From Octopus sinensis (Eukaryota): DNA of 64,000 nt. Numbering within the stretch: position 1 is the stretch's first letter; the number at the start of each line of letters is the position of its first letter. Under the pieces are notes generated by a model, which was not told where the DNA came from, searched no databases, and was given only the letters and a program-made list of their open reading frames with translations. Shown here in pieces: positions 14,751 to 26,679 of this stretch. The stretch is from contig NC_042999.1 in the NCBI RefSeq assembly GCF_006345805.1, forward strand, positions 49,352,001-49,416,000, in the 5' to 3' direction. The position numbers were made by a program, and so were the translations under genes.

Positions 14751-15079
14751 AATTGCTTAGCTTAGAAAATGTTGGCTAAATCTACTAAGACTCGTTGTAC
14801 AGACATAGAAGAATTGTTTTCAGTTATTCTAAATTGGAAGGGAAGTTAAGTGGAGAGTAGTCTAAAAAAGGAGGCAAATATACGAAAATCTACAATTGTT
14901 AATTGCGCATTACATAAGCTAAATCTTATTGCAAATGACCGTAATGCATTTGATAAACTAAAGATTTCTATTGGCAGTCAGTTATCGTTAATGTTTTCCG
15001 TGTGCAAATAGAAAAGTTCATTTTCTAAGGTAACCGTGCGATCTGAAACGATATTGAATGTAAGATACAAAAGGCTGCA

Positions 15080-15280
15080 AGCAGAATCGTTAGCAAATCA
15101 GATAAAATTCTTAGCGGTATTTCGCCCGTCTTTACGTTTTGAATTCAAATTTTGCCGATGTTGACTATGCCTTGCATCCTTTCGGTGTCGATAAAATAAG
15201 CACTAGTTGAACACTGAGATCGCACTAATTGTCTTACCCCATACATCAAAATTGCTGGAGTTGTGCCAAAAATTTGAAAC
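15080..15280 (+). mobile_element. SINE family A, diverged copy
   Basis: gcagaatcgttagc...gaattcaaattttgccga...catcctttcggtgtcgataa. Confidence 0.7.
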
Positions 15281-15619
15281 CATTGCAAAATACTAAAGTA
15301 ACAGTAATGGAGTTATTTTTTCGAACAACTTTGAAAAACTTTTTGTCAGATATGTATAATTCTCATAGAAGCTTCGGGTAAAATACGCCAAGAAGCACAT
15401 CAGTTGAAAGATAACAGCTTTTCTTGTTTGGTTTATAGTTTTAACCTATTCAGCACAATGGGAATCGGTAACGCAAATTCTCCAGGATTCTCAAATTCAT
15501 ACAGTAAAATGCATAATGATATCCAGGAGCTCTTAAGTATAATTCTTGAACAAAAGCAAATGGCAAGCTAAACAATTCGACTAGCTTATTTTGAAGATCA
15601 AATAATTATCTGAAATTAC

Positions 15620-15836
15620 AGTTCTATATTTAAGAGATGAGGAATTATGTACATTACTTACATTATTGACATTCGACGAATATTTGTACTCATCTTGTTA
15701 AGACAACGTTTCGGCTGATATACCCTCCAGCCTTCTTCAGGTGTCTTGGGGAAATTTCGAACCTGGGTTCTCATTCCTAAGGTATTTTTTAATGTTGTTG
15801 TTGCTGTTGTTGTTGTTGTTGGTGTTGTTGTTGTTG

Positions 15837-15883
<47 letters not shown>

Positions 15884-16034
15884 ACATCGAAAAATACCTT
15901 AGGAATGAGAACCTAGGTTCGAAATTTCCCCAAGACACCTGAAGAAGGCTGGAGGATATATCAGCCGAAATGCTGTGTTAACAACAAATAAGATGAGGAA
16001 AAATATCCGTCGAATGTAAATAATGTAAATAATG
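15620..16034. mobile_element. Head-to-head inverted pair of HHR-SINE (H1) 3' segments
   Basis: 15650-15790 is the reverse complement of 15885-16034. Central (GTT)n(ATT)n. TSD TATCTGAAATTAC (15607-15619, 16035-16047). Confidence 0.85.
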
Positions 16035-17349
16035 TATCTGAAATTACTTTGTTCAGTCTACCTTATCATTTAAAAATATTTTTAAATGCTTTGCTGCTGA
16101 ACATTAACAAACGCTTAGCTTCTATTCCTTTGCCTTATTTTTATTATTGTTAGAATGACAAAGCTTAAGAAATAAATATTCATGAATCTGACTTCAAAAT
16201 TAATTAAATTGTATTATATTGAAACTTTAGATAGTCTGGCAGTCACTTGATTTGAAATCTGGTCAAAAATGAAGAAACAAAGTTAGGTACGTAAAGGATT
16301 AAATCGTCGTTCAAGTTAACAATAACAGATAAGCGTTCACCTGAATTGTGTATGACGACTTTTCGTTTAATAAAAGCTTTTGAGACACACTAAAACATAG
16401 TAACTGATTGATTCGATCAAGACCAAAAAATTTCTTGCAGTTTTATTTCTTAATGTTAGAAACAGGAAAACTGAAATATACAGAAGACATAACCATTTGC
16501 TTCCCTCGACATTTATCGTGATTTTTACCATTTTCACTCATAAGAACTTGCGAGAACTGAGCATATTAATCAAGGAAAGCCGTGGAGTACTCTGTAGTCA
16601 ATGTTACACTTACCATTGATTATAATATTCGTGTCAGTTATACATCAGTATCACTAAGTTATCGGGAAGTTTCACTAACGTTTTATGACCCATCCATTAT
16701 TTTTGTGTTCAAAAACGGTGTGTCATCCTTTAAAAATTATATCTAATTCAGGCTTTCGGAATTCCAGCCATATTGTGTAAATATTATGTTATATATTATT
16801 TTAATTAATAATCAGCATGTCATATGACTATAATTGGGATATTTATTATTTTTTTCAGTTATATTGTGTTTGGAACGTTAAATAGTAATTTTAAAGCATT
16901 CATGCAATTTAACGTATCTAGAATCTATTCCACTATTTACTTTGGTATAACACAAGAAATTTAATTCAAGATATCGCATACAAAATAGGTGTGCAGCATT
17001 ATTTACACTTGACTGTAAAACATCATTATACAGATAATTTGCAACACTGGTTTTCGAATAAAAAATGAGATGACATTATATTCGTTGTGACATTGTACAC
17101 TAGTAAATACGGTGGAATATCATATTTAATCTACAGGTTTCCCATTTGTTTTAGTTAGACGGGTTTTTTGTTATTGTTGTTTGCAAAACGTCTAATACAA
17201 GTTTTATTTTATTTTTCAACAACGGTCGTGCCCCAGTAGGACCACAGTTTTAAAACTGAAACAATTTAAAGAAGTTAAACAATAAACCTTGTTTGTAATT
17301 TGAAATTCATTAACCTTAATTGTGATATATTTAAATCTAATCTAAACTA

Positions 17350-17540
17350 TATAAAGGGAAAGTTTACGAAAATAAACAAAAGACGAAGGCAGGTGGTGTA
17401 CAAGCAAACAGATTTATTAGTATAGCGCTCAGGAATAGAAAAAGTCTTTTACGTTTCGAGCCTACGCTCTTCTACAGAAAGATACACAGAAAAAAACAAG
17501 GAGAGAAAAAATGTGTGTAGTAGCAAACGATCTATCATGG
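17350..17540 (-). mobile_element. ~190-bp PLE solo-pLTR-like repeat with variant hammerhead (family H2)
   Basis: Minus strand reads tcttt-CTGTAGA-a-gagc(gtag)gctc-GAAA-cg-TA-aaaga at 17445-17482. Homologous to 63871-64000 and 33660-33815. Confidence 0.7.
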
Positions 17541-18252
17541 TGTCTATATTTAGCCGGACAATTTTATCATTCAGATTAAATTTTGAGAAAATCACTCTGA
17601 TATACACATCATATACATATCAATGACTGTATTAGTCATGTTATCATAGTGCCACATATGAGTGTAACTTGCAATATACAATTGCAGGTAAGATGATTAT
17701 GAGAGACTAATAACGACGATTCAGTCTATGGATAAATATCATTGTGATATGCTGATAGTAATTTTGAGATTTTTCTTACAAAATATAAGTATTTATGATA
17801 TCATATTAAATAAAGAATACCGATGCATTACGATCATTTTTAGTGAACTCAAAATTTGTTTCGGATAAACAGAATGTTTTCAATTAATTTTGAAATTTAA
17901 TAGGTAGTTTGCAACGAACATCATATTTTGGGCAAGGTATGATGATTATTGGTCACGAATTCTCAAATAATTTATTTTTATAATGATTTATCTTAAGAAA
18001 GTATTATCGAAATAATAGTCTCATATGGTTTAAGAAAAAATCTGTTATTGGTCAAATTCCAAAACTTTCCTCAAGCGGAGGGGTGAGTTTACATACAACA
18101 CATCCAGATTTCACAGCTGTAGAATGTCCTTTGGTTCACCGCCTCCTACATTCAATAAAACGTATTTGCTTACGGTAATTCTAATTTTCCCCACCCACTG
18201 AAATATTTCAGCGGACGCCCTGGTTCATCATGTCGCATAGACATGATGTTTT

Positions 18253-18337
<85 letters not shown>

Positions 18338-18808
18338 AACAAACCCACAGGTCTAACCTCTGCCGCACCCCGACATCTAGATGCCACGAGCTTACAATCA
18401 AAGAAATTCTCTTATCTGAAGAAGCTGCTGTCGCTGCGGAATCGACCTTATTCTGACGACACTATGTGGTCCGCCTCGAAAAAATAGCAGCCTACTTTTC
18501 CGTAACGTCTTGGACTTCCTCTGTTGTTCTAATCGGAAATCTAAGCTTCAAAGAGACTGGCTTCTTTCAGAGGCTCACAAACCTTTAATTCGCATGCAGC
18601 CGCATCAATTTTTTAAAAAGCAATATATGTAACTCCTACTAAATAATTTGTTGAATGCGTTTTTCCTTCCTTTGTCCTCTCATTCGCATATATATATATA
18701 TTATCCAGTAATAATTCTTATCATACAAGAATTTAGAGATATATTCCCTGGGCTATTCTAAATATATTACCTTTAACCATATATGATTCCAAGGGTATTT
18801 GATATCAG

Positions 18809-18880
<72 letters not shown>

Positions 18881-18895
18881 TAATAATAATAATAA
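18809..18895. repeat. (AAT)n microsatellite
   Basis: Direct reading. Confidence 0.95.
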
Positions 18896-19794
18896 GTATT
18901 ATTATGAAGTAGCATTAGCATTGCATTTAATTTATATTTATATATAAATGCAATCTCACATAGACCTACACATGTTTCTATTACAAAGAGTAGTAACCGT
19001 TGCAATTACAACCTTACAATAATACTGGTGCGGGTTCATCAGTGTTTTCACTATAATACTTTTGGCATTTAATTGGTTAAAGATTTCTGCTGATTATTTC
19101 TACGTTAATTTAGACACGAAATATCTTAAATTCATGAATTGACTAAATAATCACTCGTTTATTCTTTATATTCAGTTATTTCAAATCATTTCGTGGTTTA
19201 AATGTTTATAACTCTTTTATATTGAGCAAAGATAAATTTTCTCTTATTTAAGCATCTTAAAGCTTGTTCTTTTCTAGAATTTATTATGTTACCCACAGAT
19301 GTAAAACTTTGGTAAAATTCTTCTATATATAGGTCGCATTTATTAGTTCCTGCTCTCTACAGTAATAATTAAATCCCAGTTGGCAGTATAATCTTTGTTT
19401 CTGTCTTTCATAGTCCAGATTAATCTACTTAAACTTGCTTGGAATGTTTTATTTTCATCTCTAAATTAATTTGAGTGATTAGCAAGTCTTTTTTTTTTTC
19501 TTTTTATTTTGAAAATTAGTGCAGTCGCACCGCTGTAAATTTATTCATTTCTCTCAGATATAACTTTACATCTATATATTACATTTTTAGTTTTACACTT
19601 ATTATTCACATAACAGTAGTCCCGTTTAGAATAATTGCAGAGATAATTTTTCACACTTCTCTCAGATTTGGTATTACGTGCATGTTTTCAAAACTACAGT
19701 ACAATTCCATGCTTGTATGTGTAAATAAGTACTATGTTTTTATGTATACGTACGGGGAGGAATATAATGTTTACGTTTATATATACATACATGC

Positions 19795-20191
19795 TCTTTA
19801 TCTTTCACTCGTTTTAGTCATTTGACTGCAGCCATGCTGAAGCACCGCCTTTAGTCGAGCAAATCGACCCCAGAACTTATTCTTTTCTAAGCCTAATACT
19901 TACTCTATCGGTGTCTTTTGCCGAACCGCTAAGTTACAGGGACGTGAACACACCAGCATCGGTAGTCAAGAGATATTGGGGGACAAACACAGACACACAA
20001 ACACACACACATATATATACATATAAACGATGGGCTTCTTTCAGTTTCCGTCTACCAATCCACTCACAAGGCTTTGATCGGCTCGAGGCTATAGTAGAAG
20101 ACGCTTACCGGAGTTGCCACGCAGTGGGACTGAACACGGAATCATGTGGCTGGTAAGCAAGCTACTTATCACACAGCTACTCCTACGCCTA
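19795..20191 (-). mobile_element. SINE family B, full length
   Basis: Reverse complement of 2890-3303. Confidence 0.85.
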
Positions 20192-20204
20192 TATATATAT
20201 ATAT

Positions 20205-21070
20205 ACTTAGATAAGTGTTGGCGAGCTTTGGCCCAGACCATGCCTGACTAAATATCACCATTTGGAAATTACATTTAAAGATGTTTCCTATTAGACACTC
20301 TTTAACAATCGTAGCCTATTAGATAGTTATTGTTGGTGGAGATATATCTGGAGGTAGATGGTTTATCTGGAATTCGATGGATGTATTTGTTCAGGAACCG
20401 CTTAAGAGCTAGAGGTTCATTTTTTTTCTAAAAATTGTCCTACTATGGTATTAAAGAAAGCAGTACTAGTTGAGGTGAATTATTTGTGTATTTGTGCTTT
20501 GATGTGTCGTGAACATGACTTTTGTAGAGTACGAATAGCATGGGGTCCAAACGTCGAATTAATTTTAAAGTGGATGCTAACATCATTTGAGCAGTGCTGT
20601 TGGAATATTTACCACATCGTACAAATAATATAGCACCCAGGGGGGCGTTGAAGGGAATAAACATTAAGTTTCTCGAGACGGTCCCAGTTATCAAGACTTG
20701 TCATGTCGTCTATATTCCCTGTGATTGATTTCTGGGGTGCTTCAATGTTTATGATATTCTGTTTAGGTAGGAAGACCAAAGCGGACAATAGTATTCAAAG
20801 TAAGAAAGGGCGAAGGTGGAGAGGTGAATGAAGGATAATGGTAGGATCCTTTTCTAAACCGGAAAGTTCTGAGGGTCCAGGAGCAGCCCTTGCGTATCAC
20901 ATCGATTTTGTCGTTTACGTGAGCTCCCCAGCTTAAGATTTTGAATCCTATTGAACCCTTTGACAGAAGTTCTAAATGGATTAACCGACGTCTCGACGCT
21001 TGGTCAGTGGAGAGAATTAACTGCGTTGCTGATGGCCTGTGGTGTCACAAATTATTTCTGGCATTTTTAC
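20205..21070 (-). pseudogene. Degenerate CR1/L2-group LINE 3' end
   Basis: Minus-strand translation near 20450-20680 resembles the CR1-like C-terminus (LNVYSLQR...YIICTMW*IFQQHCSNDVSIHFK...GPHAIR). Many stops; the upstream boundary is uncertain. Confidence 0.55.
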
Positions 21071-21137
21071 TTGGCAGATACTGGAGAAAATATACTCCTT
21101 CTTCTCCTCTTCCACCATAGTGTTATTTTCATTTTTC

Positions 21138-21190
<53 letters not shown>

Positions 21191-21679
21191 GATATTACTG
21201 TAGGTGATGATGTTATTTCTGTCTTTATCACGCTTGTTATTATTATTAGCTTATATCCGGTCTTATTTCTCTAAGGGATGTCAATTTACAAACTTTATTG
21301 GAAGTTGTAACCTCATGCATAACGATTTCCTCAGCTATTCACTCAGCTGTATGCTACAAGTATTAAGACATATACACACACAAGCGCACGCGCGCGCACA
21401 CACACCAAGGCGCACATAAAGCACAGACACACACACACGCACACCACAGACACATACACCCATATAAACGGAGAACTTCGTTATATTGAAGGTAACATTT
21501 TGGCAAACAAATGAAAACATACAAATAGTTTTCTTTTACGTATACACACGTGCAAATAAATTAACTCTAGCGCATCCATCCACTACATTTCTTCCTTCTG
21601 TAAACCAAACGCCTACATGTGTATATGTAATGGGTATGTATGTACGTCTGTATGTGTATGTATGTCTGCATATATATAT

Positions 21680-21713
<34 letters not shown>

Positions 21714-22040
21714 CATATATATAAAGGGGGGAGGTAAACTTGTATTAGCTTAGATATATGAATATATAACAACAAAACCAGCAGCAACAATAACAATGGT
21801 AGAGAAGGGAAGCAGGGTTTAAAAGGTAGCATAAGGAGGGGACAACAGAAATTCACGAGGAAAACAAAAACCCAAGGGAAACAAATTTAAACCCTTCCTC
21901 AAGCGTTGACTAAAAATTTACACAATTTCAGCAGCTTCTGAAAAATTGTTCAAATTTGGCGATGTCGGCAAAATGGGAGCTGCTCGTCATAGATAAGCCA
22001 CCCGAAAACTATGCTATAGATGGACGTTAAGAGAAAAATA

Positions 22041-22449
22041 AAGGCGGCAAACTGGCAGAAACGTTAGCATGCCGGGCGAAATGCGTAGCCGTATTTCGCC
22101 TGAGGTTACGTTCTGAGTTCAAATTCTCCCGAGATCGTCTTTGCCTTTCATCCTTTCGGGGTCGATAGATTAAGTACCAGTTACGCATTGCGGTCGATAT
22201 AATCGACTTAATCCGCTTGTTTGTCCTTGTTTGTCCTCTCTGTGTTTAGCCCCTTGTGGGTAGTAAAGAAATAGAAATAGGTATTTCGTCTGCTGCTGCG
22301 TTCTGAATTCAAATTCCGCCGAGATCGACTTTGCCTTTCATCCTTTCGGGGTCGATAAATTAAGTACCAGTTACGCATTGTAATCGACTTAATCCCTTTG
22401 TCTGTCCTTGTCCCCTCTGTTTAGACCCTTGTGGGCAATAAAGAAATAG
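22041..22449 (+). mobile_element. SINE family A with two tandem body units
   Basis: Head at 22042 and second unit at ~22281. TSD GAGAAAAATA (22031-22040, 22450-22459). Confidence 0.85.
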
Positions 22450-23142
22450 GAGAAAAATATAGAACAAATTAAACGAGGTATTTGTGTGTGAGAGTGTATG
22501 TGAGTGTGTACCTGTGCGTATGTGTGTGTGTCTGTGTGTGTGCTTGTGCATTACTAGAAATAAGTCAAAACATTTGTAGCAATGCTGGTGCTAATAAGCC
22601 ACCTTCATTATTCATAGTTTTCACTTTTACCATTTATGAAATCAGCGTGCGATTTCTCCGGTAACGCTTATAAACTGAGAAGGTGAGCCACCTAATCCTA
22701 GATTGTCGGGTAAGAGTCCATGACGATCTTTAACCAAACACGAAATCACTCCCTTGTCTCCCTTGTCAGTCGTAAGATAAGTGCTCTCTCGTGGCTATGA
22801 GTTATTTTGGCTCTTATTTCTAACAATCCTAGTGCTAACTAGTACCCTTAGTCAATTTAGTGACGTCTATACTTCTGCCTTTCGGTTGTAAATTGCCAAT
22901 AAGCCACCTTACAAAGGGGTCTAATGCTCTTAGCTTAGACTTTTTGTGGGGCAACCAGACCGAGTCATCTCAAGTGTAACTACCCGAAATGGTCGTGACT
23001 CCTGGTACTTAACTGAGGAAAGAAGGCCACAAACGACTCGTCTTTTTTTTGCCTGTACTTCTAATTGCTGTTTCTCTTGTCCGCCTTTGTATTGTCTATC
23101 TATCCGAATGTTTTATTGTCCTCCATTGCGTTTTGTTCCATT

Positions 23143-23195
<53 letters not shown>

Positions 23196-23198
<3 letters not shown>

Positions 23199-23491
23199 TC
23201 AATAAATGGTGGGGTTGTGTTGACCGCACGTGGAGAAATGATAAGTAAGGAAAAATTTTTTTTTAAATGCAGAATGCTCAAATGAAAGAAAATTTTAATA
23301 AAATGAGAAATTGATAAAATATATAAATATATATTTATTCAACCGGTTTTCGTCATTGTATGACTTGTCAAGAATATTTATGTTTTAAAAAGTTTTTTTA
23401 AAAATTAGAAAGGGGAAAAAAAGAAAATTGCATTGTTTTTTGTAAAAGAATAATGATAAAAATGTACAAAAATTAAAAATTAGTTCTCCGA
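23196..23491 (-). repeat. 3' pseudo-LTR of the PLE
   Basis: Nearly identical to 27809-28107; differences are mostly in homopolymer runs. Confidence 0.92.
23336..23376 (-). ncRNA. Variant minimal hammerhead in the 3' pLTR (family H3)
   Basis: tattc-TTGACAA-gtcat(aca)atgac-GAAA-accggt-t-gaata. Confidence 0.6.
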
Positions 23492-24003
23492 TACATTGTG
23501 AGTTCGTTGTGTATCTTGAGTTTTATGGTTGTTTACGAAAAAATTACCTTGAGGTGTTAAGATCCAAAGGGATTAAGAGCACGTGTTGTGTTGTTAAATT
23601 CAGCATGTTTGCAGGACAGGAAGTAGTAGTAATTGTGGTCCTGGTTCTTCAGTTCCTGTGTTGTGAGTAAGGGGAGACAACTCTTTTGAGTTCTTCAATA
23701 AAACCCAAATTATAAAATTATCATTTTAGCTTCATTTGTGTTATCTTTTTTATATAATTGCTTGTTAACTTAACTTTCAGATTTTAACACTTTATTTATA
23801 TTATTTTCTAATTATATAAATCTGCATAGACAATTGCATTTCAAATTGTCATATCATTTATAATAAAAATGATAGTAATAACAACAATAGTAAAAATGAT
23901 ACTTAAAGAATATAAGTTTTAGCTTGAAGTGATGAATGCATGGTATCTTTATATATTTGTGTTAGTCCATCCATGAAGAGTGAGGTAGAGAAAGGAAGTT
24001 TGA

Positions 24004-24408
24004 TCAACGAGGAGTTTGCATATTAAGTTGTGTTTGGAATTTTTCAATAAAGAGATTCTCCTTGTTAATTCTCTCCTGTGTGGTGATCCCGTCTTTACAT
24101 TGGTAGAAGGGGAATATATAGAATTTGGGGTTTAAGTCTTTAGCACATGAGTCTAAGTGGTCACTCAGTGGAATTTGTCGGTATTCCGGGAGATTTATTT
24201 GTTCTTTATGCACCGTTACTCGTTTACGTAACGGGAGACTCGTTTGTCCAACATAATTATGTTGGCAACCAGCGCATGTGAGAACGTAGATAAAGTTCTC
24301 GGAGGAACAGGAGAAGTTAGTCTTGATTTTAAACTTCGTACCTTGTTTGAAGGTAAATTCAGAGCCTTCAAGTAGAAAGGGGCAGGTACCACAGTTTGAG
24401 CGTTCACC
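24004..24408 (-). CDS. PLE Cys-rich linker plus GIY-YIG endonuclease domain (frameshifted from upstream at the A6 run 24409-24414)
   Basis: GERSNCGTCPF...NFSCSSENFIYVLTCAGCQHNYVGQTSLPLRKRVTVHKEQI...SDHLDSC...RINKENLFIEKFQTQLN. Confidence 0.88.
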   Translation of the reverse strand, partial: GERSNCGTCPFLLEGSEFTFKQGTKFKIKTNFSCSSENFIYVLTCAGCQHNYVGQTSLPLRKRVTVHKEQINLPEYRQIPLSDHLDSCAKDLNPKFYIFPFYQCKDGITTQERINKENLFIEKFQTQLNMQTPR

Positions 24409-26326
24409 TTTTTTCTACTGTTGGGGGTGGATGTGGTGTGTGAAGTTTGGCATTTGTCAAGAGTTTTTTTAAAGATTTGTGTTGCCTTTTGCATTTGAGG
24501 ATTTTGTGTGTATTTATAATGTTTTTCATTTTTGGGTCTGTTGACAGTAGACTGAGGTTTTGTATGATTGTGGTGTATGCTTCGATATTTTTGGGGTTGT
24601 GGGTGGAAATGTATGGAAGTATTTTGAGGTTGTGTGTGGTGTTAGGTTGGGTGGTTTTCAGTGTAGTGTTGTCTAGTTCTTTGGCGCGTTTTATTCCATA
24701 CTCTATAAGGGTGGAGGGATATTGACGTTGTAATAGTGTTTTTTTGAGGTCTTGAAGGCGTATTTCTCGTGTTTTTGGATCCGAGACAATGGTGCATACC
24801 CTTTTAGCTAAATTGAAAGGGATATTTGTTTTGGTGTGTTTTGGGTGGCATGAACTAAAGAGGAGGTATTGTTGTGAGTCTGTAGGTTTGTGGTAGATGT
24901 CTGTTATGATTTCGTTCTTAGGTGTTTTTTATAATTAGGAGATCAAGGAATGGGAGATGATGTTTGCTTAATTCCATAGTGAATTGGATGTTGGGATGTA
25001 TGTTGTTTAGTATGGTTTTGAATTCCAGGAGTTTTTCATAAGGTTCTTTCCATATGATGAAACAATCATCTAAATACCTTTTCCAGTTTTCCATTAGGTA
25101 GGTGTGGAAAACATGTCCAAATTTCTGGCTTGATATTTCATAGAGTGACAGTTCGAAGTAACCCATTATGAGGTTCGCAAGGACTGGTGCAGCCTTGGTA
25201 CCCATCGCAATGCCACATTTTTGACGGTAGTGTGTGTCGTCGAAGAGAAAAAAATTGTTTGTCAGAATGAACTTGAGAGATTCTGTAATAAAAGACTTGT
25301 TAATGCGGTCAGGGAATGTCTCTGGGTGTTTTTCTAGCCAGAAGTCAATTGCCTCTATACCATACTCATGTGGAATGTTGGTGTAGAGGTTGATGACATC
25401 AAAGGATACCAGGAGTGCCTCCTCGTTAACTGTTTTCGGGAGGTGTTTGAGCATGTCCAGATCATCCCTAATGAAACTTTTGATGTGGGTAAGGAAAGGT
25501 TTCAAAAGGATGTCTAGGAAGTTACTCAGGCGGTGTGTTTCACAGGAGGTACCAGCTACGATGGGCCTTAGTTTTAGGTCCTCTGGTGCTTTGATGTTGA
25601 TGTGGATGTCAGTGGAGAGTTTGCAGGCTTCGGTGATGTATTTGTTTTTATGGATTTTAGGAAGGCCATAAAAAAGGCTGGGCTTGCATTTGAAAATGGT
25701 GATATAATCCCTTTCTTTTTCTGTGAGTCCCTGACCGTGTTGGCGTATGAGTGTGGTGAGGTTTCTGATTGTTTTTTGCTGTTTGTAGTTGTTAATAACC
25801 TCATAGAAAATGTTATTGTTAAGCATGGAAAACACTAGGTGTTTATAAAATTCCGTGTCCATAAGGACCACAGCACTCCCTTTTTTTCCGCTTCTTTGAT
25901 GGTGAGGTTTTTATCCAGTTGTATGTCACGTAGGTTTTCCCATTCTTCCTTACTGAAATTGGATTTTACCTTGGTTTTGCTTGGGGTAAAGGGGAGACTC
26001 TGGATGTGTTTGCAGAAATCGTCCAGTGTTTTATTTCTCCCTTTTGGTGGTAGGAAGTTGCTTTTATTTCTGATCAATGAATCGTCCCCATTGTTGATAT
26101 CTGTCAAAGCTTCTGTTAGGCGAAGTTTTCTGCAGAATTCAGAAACGTCATCCTTGACCTCCGGGGGGTTGGGTGTTCTTGGGGTGGGTGTGAAATTCAA
26201 ACCTCTTGCTAGGATGTTGATTTGGGTTGGTGTCAGTGTTTTGCTGGAGAGGTTTATAATTTTTGTTTTCTTATTTTGGGTCTGTGTTAGCGGTGGTGTT
26301 TGTATGTTTCCCCTCTGTCTAAAAAA
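24409..26326 (-). CDS. PLE reverse transcriptase and thumb (frameshifts at A runs ~25881-25887 and ~24925-24930)
   Basis: IINLSSKTLT...LARGLNFTPTP, FYGLPKIHK, LRPIVAG, SFDVINLYTNIP, GIAMGTKAAPVLANLIM, WKRYLDDCF, LPFLDL, TDIYHKPTDSQQYLLFSSCHPKHTK. Confidence 0.92.
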
Positions 26327-26679
26327 TGGTTGTTGAGGTAAGGGGTTTATTCTTTGTTAAAGTTCTGGTTGTATGTGTAGGAGTGTTTTTGGGTGGGGAG
26401 GTTGGAGGGGGGTAGGTAGTTGTCGTTTTTGTGTTGGTATGGGATGCGATGGTGTAAGGATTTGTGAGAAATGCGATGGGTTTGTGGGTGTGTGTCTGGT
26501 AGATTGTATGGGGGGATGTAGGGGGTATGTAGTTGTGGTTATTGGGTTCGTGTGGGATGTGAGGGTTTGGAGATCTGTAGGAGATGTGGTAGGAATGTGG
26601 TTGTTGGATGGGTGGACTATAGGGGGTTCGTTGGGTGGGTATTATATGTATCGGTGTGGGTAGGATGCCTTGTTTGTTA

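Noticed and set aside
23600-23655. CTGAAGA plus caggac/gtcctg stem in the PLE 3' UTR (minus strand)
   Set aside because: Followed by CAAAC rather than GAAA, with no compatible stem I or NUH site.
24404-24406. In-frame TGA near the Cys-rich linker as possible selenocysteine (reported for some Naiad PLEs)
   Set aside because: The TGA arises only from the extra A in the adjacent A6 run. Removing one A restores x4-C-x2-C spacing without UGA, and the other Cys codons are TGT/TGC.
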